A stretch of DNA of 64,000 nucleotides from an uncultured Trueperaceae bacterium (GCA_963727505.1 CAVSGP010000004.1:640001-704000), one strand, 5' to 3'; shown: positions 39,668 to 54,970, counted from the first letter of the stretch. Program-made: numbers and translations. The notes: generated by a model not told the origin, from the sequence alone.

Positions 39668-40378
39668 ATGCAACGACCCCTCCTCCGCCGCCTGGCACTC
39701 CTCGCCGCTCTGCTCATCGCGGCGACGGCGAGCGCCCAGCAGCCGGACGTATCCACCGTGCTCGACAACATCACGAACGCGGCGAACGCGATTCAGGACG
39801 CTACCTTCACCGTCACGGGCAAGCTGGTGGACTCCGACGGCACGGTGATCCCTCTCGATGTGGACATCCAGGCGATCCCCCCACAGCACCTGGCCAGCGC
39901 CTACATCAACCAGCCCGACGCCCTGGCCGACAACCAGATCGTCCTCGACGGCAACGTGGTCAAGAACTACACCTTCCTGACCAACCAGATCACGCTCTTC
40001 GACGCCAACGACCCCGATGCGCTGGGAGGCCTGTTGCCGGCGAGCCCGAACGGCCAGAGCGCCCCGCAGATCTCGTTCGACCTGGGCAAGATCTTCGCGG
40101 GCTACGACGCCAGCATCAAGAACGTGACGGCCGACGGCAGCACCAAGACCTACGTGCTCGACTTCGCCAACAAGGATCCCAAGGCGAGCATCCTCAACGT
40201 CGAGGCCACCGTGCCCTCCAGCGACTGGCTGCCCCGCCGGCTCGTCTTCCTCCAGAAGGGCGACCGGGTGGTCGCCGACCTCAACGTCGAGAACCTCAAG
40301 CTCGACCAGGGACTCGATCCGAAGAAGGTCGGCTACCTCCCGCAGGACGCCGAGGTCATCGACAACCGCAAGAATTGA
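39668..40378 (+). CDS. LolA-like outer-membrane lipoprotein carrier/sorting protein
   Basis: Signal peptide; QPDALADNQIV..NYTFLTNQIT; beta-rich with LKLDQGL..LPQDAEVI end; SD AGGAG. Confidence 0.6.
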   Translation: MQRPLLRRLALLAALLIAATASAQQPDVSTVLDNITNAANAIQDATFTVTGKLVDSDGTVIPLDVDIQAIPPQHLASAYINQPDALADNQIVLDGNVVKNYTFLTNQITLFDANDPDALGGLLPASPNGQSAPQISFDLGKIFAGYDASIKNVTADGSTKTYVLDFANKDPKASILNVEATVPSSDWLPRRLVFLQKGDRVVADLNVENLKLDQGLDPKKVGYLPQDAEVIDNRKN

Positions 40379-40386
40379 ATCCGCTC

Positions 40387-40418
40387 TACCCAGGCGCCGG
40401 AGGCCCGGCGCCTGGGTA
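40387..40418. terminator. Hairpin between convergent genes
   Basis: TACCCAGGCGCCGG-AGGC-CCGGCGCCTGGGTA, perfect 14-bp stem. Confidence 0.65.
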
Positions 40419-40432
40419 AGGCGGCCGACGCC

Positions 40433-41827
40433 TCAGCCGGGCCGCTCCCCGACCATCCGTTCGGGCACGACCGCCTCGTCGAACTCCTCCTCGGTCAGGT
40501 ACCCGAGCCGCACCGCCGCCTGCTTCAGTGTCAGCCCGTCGGTGTGCGCCGTCTGCGCGATCTCGGCCGCCTTGTAGTAGCCGATCCTGGTGTTGAGCGC
40601 CGTCACCAGCATCAGGGAGTTGTCGAGGTGCTCTCGGATGCGCTCCCGGTTGGGAGTGATGCCGACCACGCAGTTGTCGGTGAACGAGGCGCTGGCGTCG
40701 CCTAGCAAACGCGCGCTCATCAGCAAGTTGTAGATCATCACCGGCTTGAACACGTTGAGCTGGAACTGGCCGTGGGTCCCGGCCACGCTCACGGCGGTGT
40801 CGTTGCCGATGACCTGCGCGCAGACCATGGTCATGGCTTCGGCCTGCGTGGGGTTCACCTTGCCCGGCATGATCGACGAGCCCGGCTCGTTGGCGGGCAG
40901 GCTGATCTCGCCGATGCCGCAACGCGGGCCCGACGCCAGAAGCCGCACGTTGTTGGCCACGGCCAGCAGGCTCACGGCCACCCGCTTGAGGGCCCCCGAC
41001 GCCTCCACGATGGCGTCGTGCGCGCTGAGGCTCTCGAACTTGTTCTCGGCGCTCACGAAGGGGTGGCCGGTCAGCTCGGCGATCACCTGCGCCACCCGCA
41101 CGGCGAACCCGGGAGGGGTGTTCAGGCCGGTGCCGACCGCCGTGCCGCCGAGGGCCAGCTCGCGAAGGTGCTCGAGACTGTTCTCGACGGTCTCGATGCC
41201 CTTCTTGACCTGCGCCGCGTAGCCGCTGAACTCCTGACCCAGCGTCAGCGGCGTCGCGTCCATCAGGTGGGTCCGCCCGATCTTGACGATGTCCATGAAC
41301 TCCCGCGCCTTGGCGTCCAGCGCCTGTTGGAGCCGGCGCAACTGCGGCAGGGTGTGCTCGACCAGCGCCACATAGGCCGCCACGTGCATGGCAGTCGGGA
41401 AGGTGTCGTTGGAGGACTGCGACTTGTTGACGTCGTCGTTCGGATGGATGGGGGTCTTGCTGCCCAGCTCGCCACCCAGCAAGCGGATCGCCCGGTTGGA
41501 GACCACCTCGTTGACGTTCATGTTCGACTGCGTGCCGGACCCGGTCTGCCAGACCACCAGCGGGAAGTGGTCGTCGAGCTCACCGGCCAGGATCTCGTCG
41601 CAGACGCGAGCGATGATGTCGGCCTTGTCCTGGGGGAAGTCGGTGAGCTCCGCGTTGGTGATCGCCGCCGCCTTCTTCAGCACCGCGAAAGCGGCGATGA
41701 CCTCGGAAGGCATGCGTTGCCCCCCGATCTTGAAGTTCTCCAGGGAGCGCTGCGTCTGCGCACCCCAGTAGCGGTCGGCGGCCACGCGGACCTCGCCCAG
41801 CGTGTCCTTCTCGATGCGGTACTCCAT
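40433..41827 (-). CDS. fumC: Fumarate hydratase class II
   Basis: [44 protein letters not shown]. Confidence 0.96.
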   Translation of the reverse strand: MEYRIEKDTLGEVRVAADRYWGAQTQRSLENFKIGGQRMPSEVIAAFAVLKKAAAITNAELTDFPQDKADIIARVCDEILAGELDDHFPLVVWQTGSGTQSNMNVNEVVSNRAIRLLGGELGSKTPIHPNDDVNKSQSSNDTFPTAMHVAAYVALVEHTLPQLRRLQQALDAKAREFMDIVKIGRTHLMDATPLTLGQEFSGYAAQVKKGIETVENSLEHLRELALGGTAVGTGLNTPPGFAVRVAQVIAELTGHPFVSAENKFESLSAHDAIVEASGALKRVAVSLLAVANNVRLLASGPRCGIGEISLPANEPGSSIMPGKVNPTQAEAMTMVCAQVIGNDTAVSVAGTHGQFQLNVFKPVMIYNLLMSARLLGDASASFTDNCVVGITPNRERIREHLDNSLMLVTALNTRIGYYKAAEIAQTAHTDGLTLKQAAVRLGYLTEEEFDEAVVPERMVGERPG

Positions 41828-41902
41828 GGTTCCTCCAAGGTGACGGCGCGGGCCGCCTGACGGGCCCATGCTAACGCCGGGCGCCTCCCAGCCGGGTCGG
41901 TG

Positions 41903-42877
41903 TCAGGGTCGCAGGGCGAAGCGCAGGGCATCGGCCAGCCCATCGCGCCAGTTCGTCCAGTTGTGCCCCGCGTGGCGCTCGACATAGGCGTGCTCGACCC
42001 CGTGCGCCTCCAGCGCCCGGGCGGCGCGCCGGTTCACATCGGTGAGCCACTCCAACGTTCCGCAGGCGGCGTACCAGCGCAGCTTGCCGGCCCCGCCTTC
42101 CTCGATCGTCCGCGCCACCCACGAGCGCTCGCTGCGGTAGAAGTCCCGGTCGTCGGGATGCCCGAGGAACGCGCCGGAGAACGTCACCACGCCGCTCACC
42201 AGGTCGGGACGCTCGAGAGCCAGCGTGGCGCTGAACAGGCCTCCGAGGCTGGCGCCCAGGGCCACCAGCTCCCCGGTGGAAGGGTACCGGCGCCTCAGCT
42301 CGCCGAGCAGCTCGCGCTCGACGAAGCTGCGGTAACCCGGATGGAAGGCGTACTCGCGTGAGCGCTCCACCGGTTCCACGAACGCGACGCGCGCGGGGCG
42401 CGCCTCACCGGCCGCCACCAGCGCGGCCAGGACGTCGGCCAGCCGCGCCAGCCGGTAGAAGGCCACCCCGTCCTGCACCAGCAGCCAGGGGAGCTCCGCC
42501 TCCTCGAAGCCGGCGGGGGTCGCGACGATCACGCGGCGCTGCTGGTGGAGCTCCGCGCTCGCCACGCGCAGCCGGTCCACCGCCGCCGGCTCGGGCGGCT
42601 CGGGCGGATCCGCCAGGGCGTCGGGGCGATAGGCCGGGCCGGTCAAGGCGCTGACCTCCCTGTACCAGGGATTCTCGGCGCGCCGTGGGTTCGCCGGATC
42701 GGCGCGCATCCTGCCTTCTGCGTCGAGGAAGGCGTACTCGAAGTAGACGTCGTCGGGCAGCTCGAAGGTGAGCGGCGAGGAGCGTTCCGGGTCGACCGGC
42801 TGCGGGGAGCGGCCCATGTCGGTGAGGTCGGAGGCGAAGCGCTTCGCCCACGGGGGAAGGTCGAGCGTGACCTGCAT
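41903..42877 (-). CDS. Esterase, enterochelin-esterase-like alpha/beta hydrolase with N-terminal beta domain
   Basis: QDG, GASLGG, FSGAF, GHNWTNW. Confidence 0.75.
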   Translation of the reverse strand: MQVTLDLPPWAKRFASDLTDMGRSPQPVDPERSSPLTFELPDDVYFEYAFLDAEGRMRADPANPRRAENPWYREVSALTGPAYRPDALADPPEPPEPAAVDRLRVASAELHQQRRVIVATPAGFEEAELPWLLVQDGVAFYRLARLADVLAALVAAGEARPARVAFVEPVERSREYAFHPGYRSFVERELLGELRRRYPSTGELVALGASLGGLFSATLALERPDLVSGVVTFSGAFLGHPDDRDFYRSERSWVARTIEEGGAGKLRWYAACGTLEWLTDVNRRAARALEAHGVEHAYVERHAGHNWTNWRDGLADALRFALRP

Positions 42878-42965
42878 GGCGTCGAGTGTACCCGCGTCCC
42901 GAAGCCTCGCAGGACTTCCCGGCTGCGCCTTCGACGCCGAGCGGGGCCCTGGTAGACTCTCCGCC

Positions 42966-44135
42966 ATGGCCGCACACCCCTACGACACCCTCTCGCTGGA
43001 AACGCTCCGGCTACGTGCCAACGCCAAGTGGACACGCTTCGGGCCCGACGTCCTGCCACTGTGGGTAGCGGAGATGGACTTCCCCGTTGCCGACGCCGTC
43101 AGGGACGCGATTGCCGCGCAGGCCGTCGACAACCTCGGCTACGGTCTCGCGCATGGCCTGCCCGGCCTCGTCGAGGCGATGCAGGAACGCTTCGACCGTC
43201 GCTACGGCATGCGGCCGGACGCCGACGGCGTCCGGTTGCTCGGGAGCACCGTGCAGGGCCTCTACCTCGCCTCGCTGGCGTTCGCCGGGCCGGGCGACGA
43301 GGCGCTGCTGCTGACCCCGCTCTACCCTCCGTTCCGCGCCGCCCTGGAGAACACCGGCCGTGTCCCGGTGGACGTACCGATGATCGACGGGGCGGAGGGC
43401 TACGCCATCGATTTCGATGCCCTGGAGGCCGCCGTCACACCTGCCACGCGCTTGCTGATGCTGTGCAACCCGCACAACCCGGTTGGCCGCATGTTCCGGC
43501 TCGACGAGCTCGAGCGCCTCGCCGAGCTCGCCTTGAGGCACAACCTGTGGGTGATCTCCGACGAGCTGCACGCCGACCTCGCCTTCACAGGGACGCACCG
43601 TCCGATCGCGGGCCTCGGATCCGAGATCGCCCGGCGCACGCTCACGCTCTACGGCCCGACCAAGGCCTTCAACATCCCCGGGCTCAAGATCAGCTTCGCG
43701 TTCAGCGCCAACCCCGCCATGTTGGAGCGCATCGCCCACCACGCGCGCGGTGTGGCGCCGGGTCCCAACGTGCTGGGGCAGGCTGCCACCCTCGGGGCGT
43801 ACAACGGCGGGGACGCCTGGTTCGAGACCACCCTGGCGTACCTGCGGGCCAACCGCGATCACGTGGCCCGCCGCGTTGCCTCCGACCTCCCCGGTGTGCG
43901 CATGCACGCCCCGGAGGGCACCTACCTGGCGTGGCTCGACTTCAGGGCCACGGGCCTGGGCGACGATCCCGGGAGCGTACTGCGCGAGGAGGCTGGTGTC
44001 GGGCTCAATAGCGGGCATTCCTTCGGCAAGGGCGGCGAGGGCTTCGCACGCCTGAACTTCGCCACCAGCCGCGCCGTCGTCGACGAGGGGATGGATCGCA
44101 TCGCCGCGCGTCTCGCCTCCGGGGGCGCCGCCTGA
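42966..44135 (+). CDS. MalY/PatB-family PLP-dependent C-S lyase
   Basis: LPLWVAEMDF, LCNPHNPVGR, ISDELHAD, TKAFNIPGL, EGTYLAWLD. Confidence 0.88.
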   Translation: MAAHPYDTLSLETLRLRANAKWTRFGPDVLPLWVAEMDFPVADAVRDAIAAQAVDNLGYGLAHGLPGLVEAMQERFDRRYGMRPDADGVRLLGSTVQGLYLASLAFAGPGDEALLLTPLYPPFRAALENTGRVPVDVPMIDGAEGYAIDFDALEAAVTPATRLLMLCNPHNPVGRMFRLDELERLAELALRHNLWVISDELHADLAFTGTHRPIAGLGSEIARRTLTLYGPTKAFNIPGLKISFAFSANPAMLERIAHHARGVAPGPNVLGQAATLGAYNGGDAWFETTLAYLRANRDHVARRVASDLPGVRMHAPEGTYLAWLDFRATGLGDDPGSVLREEAGVGLNSGHSFGKGGEGFARLNFATSRAVVDEGMDRIAARLASGGAA

Positions 44136-44836
44136 ACCGCCCCGTACCGGGAGGGCCGCCACCACGCTTCTACCCTCCCGAGCTCGCGGACTGTCGCCTG
44201 TGCCCGCGCCTGGCCGCGTGGCGAGAGGAGGTCGGTCGCGTCAAGCGCCGCGCCTACGCCGACCGGACCTACTGGGCCAGGCCGGTGCCGGGCTTCGGCG
44301 ACCCCGATGCCTCCCTCCTGCTGCTGGGGCTGGCGCCGGGCGCTCACGGCTCGAACAGGACCGGGCGCATGTTCACCGGCGACGCCAGCGGCGCCTTCCT
44401 CTTCCCCGCACTGCACCGGGCTGGGCTCGCCTCGAGGCCCGACGGGAGCGAGGCCGATGACGGCATGACGCTGCGCGGGATGTGGATCACCGCCGCGCTG
44501 CGCTGCGTGCCGCCCGGCAACAAACCTCGCCGTGACGAGCTGGCAAACTGCCGTCCGTGGTTGCAGCACGACCTCGAGAGGCTGCCGCACCTTCGCGCGG
44601 TGGTGGCGCTGGGGCGGATCGCGCACGACAGCTACCTCGATCTGCTGCGTGCCGGGGGCGCCTCCATCGTCAAGGCGCACCACCCCTTCGCCCACGGCGC
44701 CGAGCACCACCTCGAGGGTGGGCTGCCGCTGCTGGACACCTATCACGTGAGCTTCCAGAACACCAACACCGGCCGGCTCACCCCCGCCATGTTCGACGCG
44801 GTGCTGGCGCGTGCCAAGGAGCTCGGCGGGTGGTGA
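44132..44836 (+). CDS. Uracil-DNA glycosylase family 5 (UdgB), probable CTG start
   Basis: CRLCPRL..YWARPVPGFGD, GLAPGAHGSNRTGRMFTGD, HVSFQNTNTG. Confidence 0.85.
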   Translation: MNRPVPGGPPPRFYPPELADCRLCPRLAAWREEVGRVKRRAYADRTYWARPVPGFGDPDASLLLLGLAPGAHGSNRTGRMFTGDASGAFLFPALHRAGLASRPDGSEADDGMTLRGMWITAALRCVPPGNKPRRDELANCRPWLQHDLERLPHLRAVVALGRIAHDSYLDLLRAGGASIVKAHHPFAHGAEHHLEGGLPLLDTYHVSFQNTNTGRLTPAMFDAVLARAKELGGW

Positions 44837-44888
44837 GGGCGGTGGACGCAGCACGCTGCCCGTACGCCCTGCGCGATAGAGTCGCGCC

Positions 44889-46040
<1,152 letters not shown>

Positions 46041-46073
46041 GAGGGCTGCGTCCCGGGCCGGCCGCTCCGCGTC

Positions 46074-46940
46074 TCAGGCTCGCGTCTCGTCGCCGAGCGC
46101 GGCCAGGCGCTCGTTCAGCCAAGCCAGGAGGTCGCCCCGCACGGTGTCCCGATCGAGATCGTTGAAGAGTTCGTGGTACCCCCCAGGGTAGGACCGCAGC
46201 GTCACGTCCTCGGACCCGATCATCGACGCCAGCTCGCGGCTGGCCTCGGGATCGTTGAGGCCGTCAGCTGCGCCGTGCATGATCAGCGTGGGCACCTGCA
46301 GCGCGGGCGCGCGCTCCAGCAACGGCGGTCCGGAGCGGACGAGCTCGTGTCCGATACGGGCCTTGATCCAGCCGTTGTAGACCAGGGGGTCGTTTCGGTA
46401 CGCCTCCACCTCCGCGGGATCGCGCGAGAGCACGGCGGCATCGAGCCGCTGCACGGGGAGCTGCGGTGCCAGGCGCGCCAGGCCCGAGGCCAGCCCGGTC
46501 AGCCAGGCCGGCGGCGGCACGGTGGGTCGCACGAAGGGAGCGCTGAGGACCAGCAGGTTCACCCGGTCGGGGTGTTCCAGGGCGAACCGCAGCGCGATGG
46601 TGCCCCCCATGCTGTGCCCCAGCAGCAGCCGCGGAAGGTCGGGGCGCTCCGCCCGAACGCGCTCGCTCAGGCGCAGTACGTCCTCGATGTAGTCCGCGAA
46701 GATGCGCACGTCGGCGCGCCGACCCGGGCTGCGGCCGTGCCCACGCAGGTCGATGGCCCAGGGCTCGATGCCGGCCGAGACCAGGGTGCTCGCGAGCTCC
46801 TGGTAGCGACCGGTGTGCTCGGCGTACCCGTGCACCAGCAGGCAGGTGGCGCGGGGCGCCTGGACGGGCCAGCGGAAGAGCGCAAGCTCGAGGGCGTCGC
46901 GGGTACCGAGCGTGCCGGTCTCGGGGACCACCGGCCTCAC
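46074..46940 (-). CDS. Lysophospholipase/monoacylglycerol lipase-like alpha/beta hydrolase
   Basis: HGYAEH, DLRGHGRS, GHSMGG, YHELFN. Confidence 0.85.
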   Translation of the reverse strand: MRPVVPETGTLGTRDALELALFRWPVQAPRATCLLVHGYAEHTGRYQELASTLVSAGIEPWAIDLRGHGRSPGRRADVRIFADYIEDVLRLSERVRAERPDLPRLLLGHSMGGTIALRFALEHPDRVNLLVLSAPFVRPTVPPPAWLTGLASGLARLAPQLPVQRLDAAVLSRDPAEVEAYRNDPLVYNGWIKARIGHELVRSGPPLLERAPALQVPTLIMHGAADGLNDPEASRELASMIGSEDVTLRSYPGGYHELFNDLDRDTVRGDLLAWLNERLAALGDETRA

Positions 46941-47190
46941 ACCTCCTCGAGCGTGACCTCGACGTCCTCCATCACGGGGTTGGACAGGACCTTCTCGGCG
47001 ATCTCACGGAGCTGCCGCTCCACCTCGGCGCGCTCGCCCTCGAGCACCAGTTCGATGCGCTTGCCGACGCGCACGCCCGAGACGTTCTCGTTGCCCAGGC
47101 GCCGCAGCGTCGCCTCCACCGCCCTGCCCTGGGGGTCGAGGATGGAGCGCTTGAGCAGCACGTCGACGATCGCACGGTAGGCGGGCACGC

Positions 47191-47194
<4 letters not shown>
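46937..47194 (-). CDS. purS: FGAM synthase subunit PurS
   Basis: [22 protein letters not shown]. Confidence 0.92.
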
Positions 47195-47949
<755 letters not shown>

Positions 47950-48021
47950 GCCCGGATGATAGCAGGTCGGCAGGGGCCGCCGAACGGGCTGCAGGCAGTC
48001 GCTCCGCGCCCCGAAGGGGCG

Positions 48022-49326
48022 CTACAGGCCGAAGCGCAGGTAGATGGCGTCGATGTGCCTCAGGTACCAGCCGGGATCGAAGGCCTCGTCGAGCTCGCCT
48101 GCGTCGAGGCGGTTGTCCGGATCGTCGGCGAGCAGCGACCGGAGGTGCGTGCCCTCGTCCCAGCTCCGCAGGCTGTTGCGCTGCACCACTTCGTAGGCGG
48201 CCTCGCGGCGCATCCCCTTGTCGATGAGCAGGTGGAGCACCCGTTGCGAGTACACCAGGCCGTGCAGCAGCTCCAGGTTGGCACCTAGGCGGTCCTCGTT
48301 GACCACGAGGTTGTGCAGCACGCCGGTGAGCCGGCGCACGGCGTAGCTGGCGAGCGTGGTGGAGTCGGGCAGGATGACGCGCTCGACGGCGCTGTGGCTG
48401 ATGTCGCGCTCGTGCCACAGCGCCACGTTCTCCAGCGCGGCCTGCAGGTTCGCGCGCAACAGGCGCGCCACCCCGGTGAGGTTCTCGCTGGCGATGGGGT
48501 TCTTCTTGTGCGGCATGCTCGAGCTGCCGGTCTGCCCCTTGCCGAAGCCCTCCTGGGCCTCGCGCACCTCGCTGCGCTGCAGATGCCGGATCTCCAGCGC
48601 GACGCGCTCCACGGTGGTGCCGAGGATGGCCAGCGCGCTCATCAGCTCGGCATGGCGGTCGCGGGCCACGGTCTGGTTGGTGACCGGATCGACGGCGAGC
48701 CCCAGCCGCTCGGCGACGCGCGCCTCGACCTCCGGGGGCACGTGGGCGTAGGTACCCACCGAGCCTGACAGCATGGCCACCGAGATGGTCTCGTGCGCCC
48801 GCCGCAGGCGCGCCTCGTCGCGCTGAAGCGCGGCCAGGAAGTTCAGGAACTTCAAGCCGAACGTCATGGGCTCGGCGTGGATGCCGTGCGTGCGTCCCAC
48901 GCTGGGGGTGTGCTTGTAGCGCACGGCCTTCTCGCGTAGCGCCTCGGACAGCGCCGACACGTCGGCCAGCACGATGTCCAGCGCCTCGCGCAACAACAGG
49001 TTCTGGGCCGTGTCGACCACGTCGGTGCTGGTGAGGCCCTGATGCAGGAACCGCGCTGGATCCCCCACGCGCTCGGCGACCGCGCGGGTGAACGCCACGA
49101 TGTCGTGTCGCGTGACCGCCTCGATCTCCTCGACCCGGTCGGCGAAGGCGTCATCGAGGGGGTGCTCGGCCAGGGCCCGGTCGATGGCCTGCGCGGTGCC
49201 GGCCGGCACCGCGCCCAGCGCCTCCCAGGCCTCGGTCGCCGCGAGCTCGACCTGCAGCCACGCTCGGTACCGGGCCGCGCCGCCCCACAGACGGCGCATC
49301 TCGGGCGTCGAGTAGCGATCGATCAT
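48022..49326 (-). CDS. purB: Adenylosuccinate lyase
   Basis: MIDRY, TRHD, GRTHGIHAEP, GSSSMPHKKNP. Confidence 0.95.
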   Translation of the reverse strand: MIDRYSTPEMRRLWGGAARYRAWLQVELAATEAWEALGAVPAGTAQAIDRALAEHPLDDAFADRVEEIEAVTRHDIVAFTRAVAERVGDPARFLHQGLTSTDVVDTAQNLLLREALDIVLADVSALSEALREKAVRYKHTPSVGRTHGIHAEPMTFGLKFLNFLAALQRDEARLRRAHETISVAMLSGSVGTYAHVPPEVEARVAERLGLAVDPVTNQTVARDRHAELMSALAILGTTVERVALEIRHLQRSEVREAQEGFGKGQTGSSSMPHKKNPIASENLTGVARLLRANLQAALENVALWHERDISHSAVERVILPDSTTLASYAVRRLTGVLHNLVVNEDRLGANLELLHGLVYSQRVLHLLIDKGMRREAAYEVVQRNSLRSWDEGTHLRSLLADDPDNRLDAGELDEAFDPGWYLRHIDAIYLRFGL

Positions 49327-49389
49327 GATCCGAACGCTACCACGGCCCCGTGGCACACCCGGACCCCGCGCCGCCGGTATGCTTGGCCC

Positions 49390-49713
49390 ATGGATCGACG
49401 TCCCTGGGCCCTGGTCGCCGGCCTCGCCGTACTGGTGGTGGTGGCGCTGGCGATGAGCAATCCCGACAAGAAGGCGTTCGCCGCGGCGTATGCCGACCAG
49501 CTGAACAACCAGGTGGTCAGCGCCTCGGACCCCATCGGCAGGCTGCTCGGGGGCCTCACGCAGAACGCCATCGAGGCCGCGCTCGAGTCCCAGGCGCGCC
49601 GCAAGAACTACCTGGTCGCGAGCGTCTACACCGTGCCCATGGCGGGCCCTGACCTGCGCGTGCTCGGCATCCTGGGGCGCTTCGTCACCCTGCAGACGCC
49701 TTCTTCGAACTGA
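49390..49713 (+). CDS. DUF4359-like small membrane-anchored protein
   Basis: N-terminal TM, SNP.., RKNYLVASVY..LGILGRF; TATGCT -10 before ATG. Confidence 0.6.
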   Translation: MDRRPWALVAGLAVLVVVALAMSNPDKKAFAAAYADQLNNQVVSASDPIGRLLGGLTQNAIEAALESQARRKNYLVASVYTVPMAGPDLRVLGILGRFVTLQTPSSN

Positions 49714-49950
49714 CGGCCCGAGCGCGGGCGCGGGCGCTCGGCGCGGCACGGCGACGCGGACGCCTGCCCAGACTCGGCAACGGAGCCTCGAATGCCGCGC
49801 TGGACGGCGCTCGAGCCCCCACGAGCGGTTTGCGCAGGGGGCGCGCCGGATGGTAGAGTCGTGCGTTGGCCCGATGCCGGTTGACGCCGCCCCTGAGCCG
49901 GTTTCTGGAGCGGTTCCTGGCGCACGGCCGCGTCCACGAGGAGGCAACCC

Positions 49951-52419
<2,469 letters not shown>

Positions 52420-52504
52420 GCGCACGGGGTCGCGTTGGCGCGTCCCTTCCCTGGTGTCCGGACGCTCGCAGGGGCACGGAACGCGCCAGGGCCGGCGCGA
52501 GGAC

Positions 52505-53455
52505 GTGAGCGAGGAACCGCTCGCTGCCACGAGGCCGGCCGTGCTGCTCGACTGCGATCCCGGGCATGACGACGCGCTGGCGATCCTGCTGGCGGGTGCC
52601 ACCACCGAGTTGGTCGGCGTGAGTGTGGTGAGCGGCAACGCGCCGCTCGACAAGACGCTCCGGAACGCGTTGGGGGTGGTGCAGCTCGCCGGGCTCGAGG
52701 TGCCGGTGCACGCCGGCGCGACGCGACCGCTGGTGGCCGAGCCCCGCCACGCCGCCTTCATCCACGGGGAGAGCGGTCTCGACGGCCCGGAGTTGCCTCC
52801 CCTGACGCGTCGGGCGGCGTCCGGCACGGCGGTACGTTTCCTGCTGGAGAGCGCCGAGGCGCGCGACGACCTGTGGCTGGTGGCCACCGGTCCCCTGACC
52901 AACGTGGCGCTCGCCCTGCGAGAGGAGCCCGGGCTGGCCCAACGGCTGCGGGGCATCAGCCTGATGGGCGGCAGCTACGGGCCCGGCAACGTCACTCCCA
53001 CCGCTGAGTTCAACATCGTGGCCGACCCCGAGGCCGCCGCCGTGGTCTTCACCTCGGGAGCGCGGGTGGTGATGGCGGGGCTCGACCTCACGCACCGCTT
53101 CCGCATGAACCCCTCCCGGGTGGAGGCCATGCGCACGCTCGGCAACCGCCCCGCCACGTTCGCCGCCGAGCTCCTGGAGGCCTACGGCGCCGCCTACGCC
53201 CGCAGCTTCGGGCCGGAGGTGGGCGTTCCCCTCCACGACCCGTGCGCGGTGCTGGCAGTAACGCATCGAGAGATGTTCGCATCCGAGGAGCGCCACGTCG
53301 AGGTCGAGCTGAGGGGGAACCTGACGCGCGGCATGACGGTCGTCGATCGGCGCGACGGCGGCCGCGGCGCGGCGCCCAACACCGAGGTGCTCACCGACCT
53401 CGACGACGAGCGCGCCTTCGAGGCGCTGCATGCCGCGCTCGCTAGCTACCCCTAG
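52505..53455 (+). CDS. Nucleoside hydrolase (IUNH/Rih family)
   Basis: DCDPGHDDA, TGPLTNVA, AEFN, LHDP. Confidence 0.92.
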   Translation: MSEEPLAATRPAVLLDCDPGHDDALAILLAGATTELVGVSVVSGNAPLDKTLRNALGVVQLAGLEVPVHAGATRPLVAEPRHAAFIHGESGLDGPELPPLTRRAASGTAVRFLLESAEARDDLWLVATGPLTNVALALREEPGLAQRLRGISLMGGSYGPGNVTPTAEFNIVADPEAAAVVFTSGARVVMAGLDLTHRFRMNPSRVEAMRTLGNRPATFAAELLEAYGAAYARSFGPEVGVPLHDPCAVLAVTHREMFASEERHVEVELRGNLTRGMTVVDRRDGGRGAAPNTEVLTDLDDERAFEALHAALASYP

Positions 53456-53512
53456 CGTGCACGGCGCGGCGCGCCTTGTGTAGAGTGACGGGAGAGGCCC
53501 GGTCGAGGACCC

Positions 53513-54193
53513 ATGATCCAGTTCCACCACGTCACCAAGACCTACCCACGGACGCACACCCATGCCCTCTGGGACGTGGATTTCCAGGTTCGCAAGGGGG
53601 AGTTCGCCTACATCACGGGGCACTCCGGCGCGGGGAAGTCGACGCTGCTGGCGCTGCTGCTCCGTCGCATCGCGCCCACCGAGGGGCACGTCTACGTCGA
53701 CGGTCAGGACGTCACGCGCCTGCGTGAGAGCCGTCTTCCCCACCTGCGCCGGAGCATTGGCATGGTCTTCCAGGACCACCGGCTGCTCGGACACCTGTCG
53801 GCCCTCGAGAACCTGGTGTTCGCGCTCCGCGCCACCGGCAACCGCGGCAACATGGAGCAGCGGGCCCTGCTGGTGCTACGGCAAGTCGGTCTGGCCCATA
53901 AGCGCAAGGCCTTCCCCATCGAGTTGAGCCTGGGCGAGCAGCAGCGCGTGGCCATCGCGCGGGCCATGGTGACGAGCCCGCCGTTGCTCCTGGCCGACGA
54001 GCCCACCGGCAATCTCGACCCCGACACCGCCATGGAGGTGCTCGAGCTCCTCAACGACGTCAACATCAAGGGCACCACCGTCATCGTGGCCACGCACTCG
54101 CGGGACCTGGTCGACCGCTTCAAGCGCCGCACGCTGGTGCTGCGCAACGGCGAGCTGGTGCGCGACGACGACCGCGGCGGCTACTCTCTCTGA
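53513..54193 (+). CDS. ftsE: Cell-division ATP-binding protein FtsE
   Basis: [44 protein letters not shown]. Confidence 0.85.
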   Translation: MIQFHHVTKTYPRTHTHALWDVDFQVRKGEFAYITGHSGAGKSTLLALLLRRIAPTEGHVYVDGQDVTRLRESRLPHLRRSIGMVFQDHRLLGHLSALENLVFALRATGNRGNMEQRALLVLRQVGLAHKRKAFPIELSLGEQQRVAIARAMVTSPPLLLADEPTGNLDPDTAMEVLELLNDVNIKGTTVIVATHSRDLVDRFKRRTLVLRNGELVRDDDRGGYSL

Positions 54194-54220
54194 GGCCGCT
54201 CGCGCTGGTCCCGGGTCCGT

Positions 54221-54970
54221 TTACAAGGTGGTGACGGTGTAGTCGAGGCGTTCCTCGGAGAGGATCATCTCCAGGAACTGGAGCTGTCCGAGCGCGTCGA
54301 TCATGGCGAAGCCGCCGTCCTTGTCGATGTAGATGCCGTCCTTCATGACGGTGTGCCCGTACACGCCGAAGCGGTAGCCCGCCTGCTGCAGCAGCTCCGG
54401 CTTGTTGAACCACCAGGTCTTGGTGTCCGGGTCGTGATAGAAGAAGTCGTCGAAGACCTGCATGCCGGGGAGCGGCCCGGCATGCGCGAAGTGCACGCCG
54501 TAGAACACGCGCTCCCGCGCGAACGTCCGGAACCAGTCGGAGAGGTCGTCGGGAAGCTCGAGCCCTCCCCGTTCGGGATTGAACTCGTCGTGGCGCAACC
54601 CTCCGCGGGTGGTGAGCTCGTACTTGTGGTCGAGGGCCGCCTCGTCGTGGTTTCCCAGGATGATGGTGACGTTGCCCATCGCTTGATCCACGAAGCGCTT
54701 GAAGCGGTACAGCTCGCGAATCTGCGCCTTGGCAGCGCGCCGCAGGTGGTCCGGATCGCCGGGATCGTACGGCTCGGCGCCGACCGCATGGGCGTAGGCG
54801 CGCTCGTCCTTGTAGTGCACGAGGTCCCCTATGCACACCACCTGGTAGCGCCCCTCGATGACGGCCGGTGTGGGCTCGTAGGTCGGCGTGCAGGCGGCCG
54901 AGGCCTTGAGCACGCGCCACAGCTCCGGCCACTGGCCGTGCACGTCGCCCACGGCGATCGCCTTGATCAC
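54221..54970 (-). CDS. Metallophosphoesterase (PPP/calcineurin-like)
   Basis: GDVHG, GDLVH, GNHD, HAG, GHT all intact. Confidence 0.85.
   Translation of the reverse strand: MIKAIAVGDVHGQWPELWRVLKASAACTPTYEPTPAVIEGRYQVVCIGDLVHYKDERAYAHAVGAEPYDPGDPDHLRRAAKAQIRELYRFKRFVDQAMGNVTIILGNHDEAALDHKYELTTRGGLRHDEFNPERGGLELPDDLSDWFRTFARERVFYGVHFAHAGPLPGMQVFDDFFYHDPDTKTWWFNKPELLQQAGYRFGVYGHTVMKDGIYIDKDGGFAMIDALGQLQFLEMILSEERLDYTVTTL

Noticed and set aside
49714..49950. RDRM (DdrO box) upstream of gyrA
   Set aside because: No AT-rich 17-bp palindrome is visible; only a TTGCGC/TAGAGT promoter candidate
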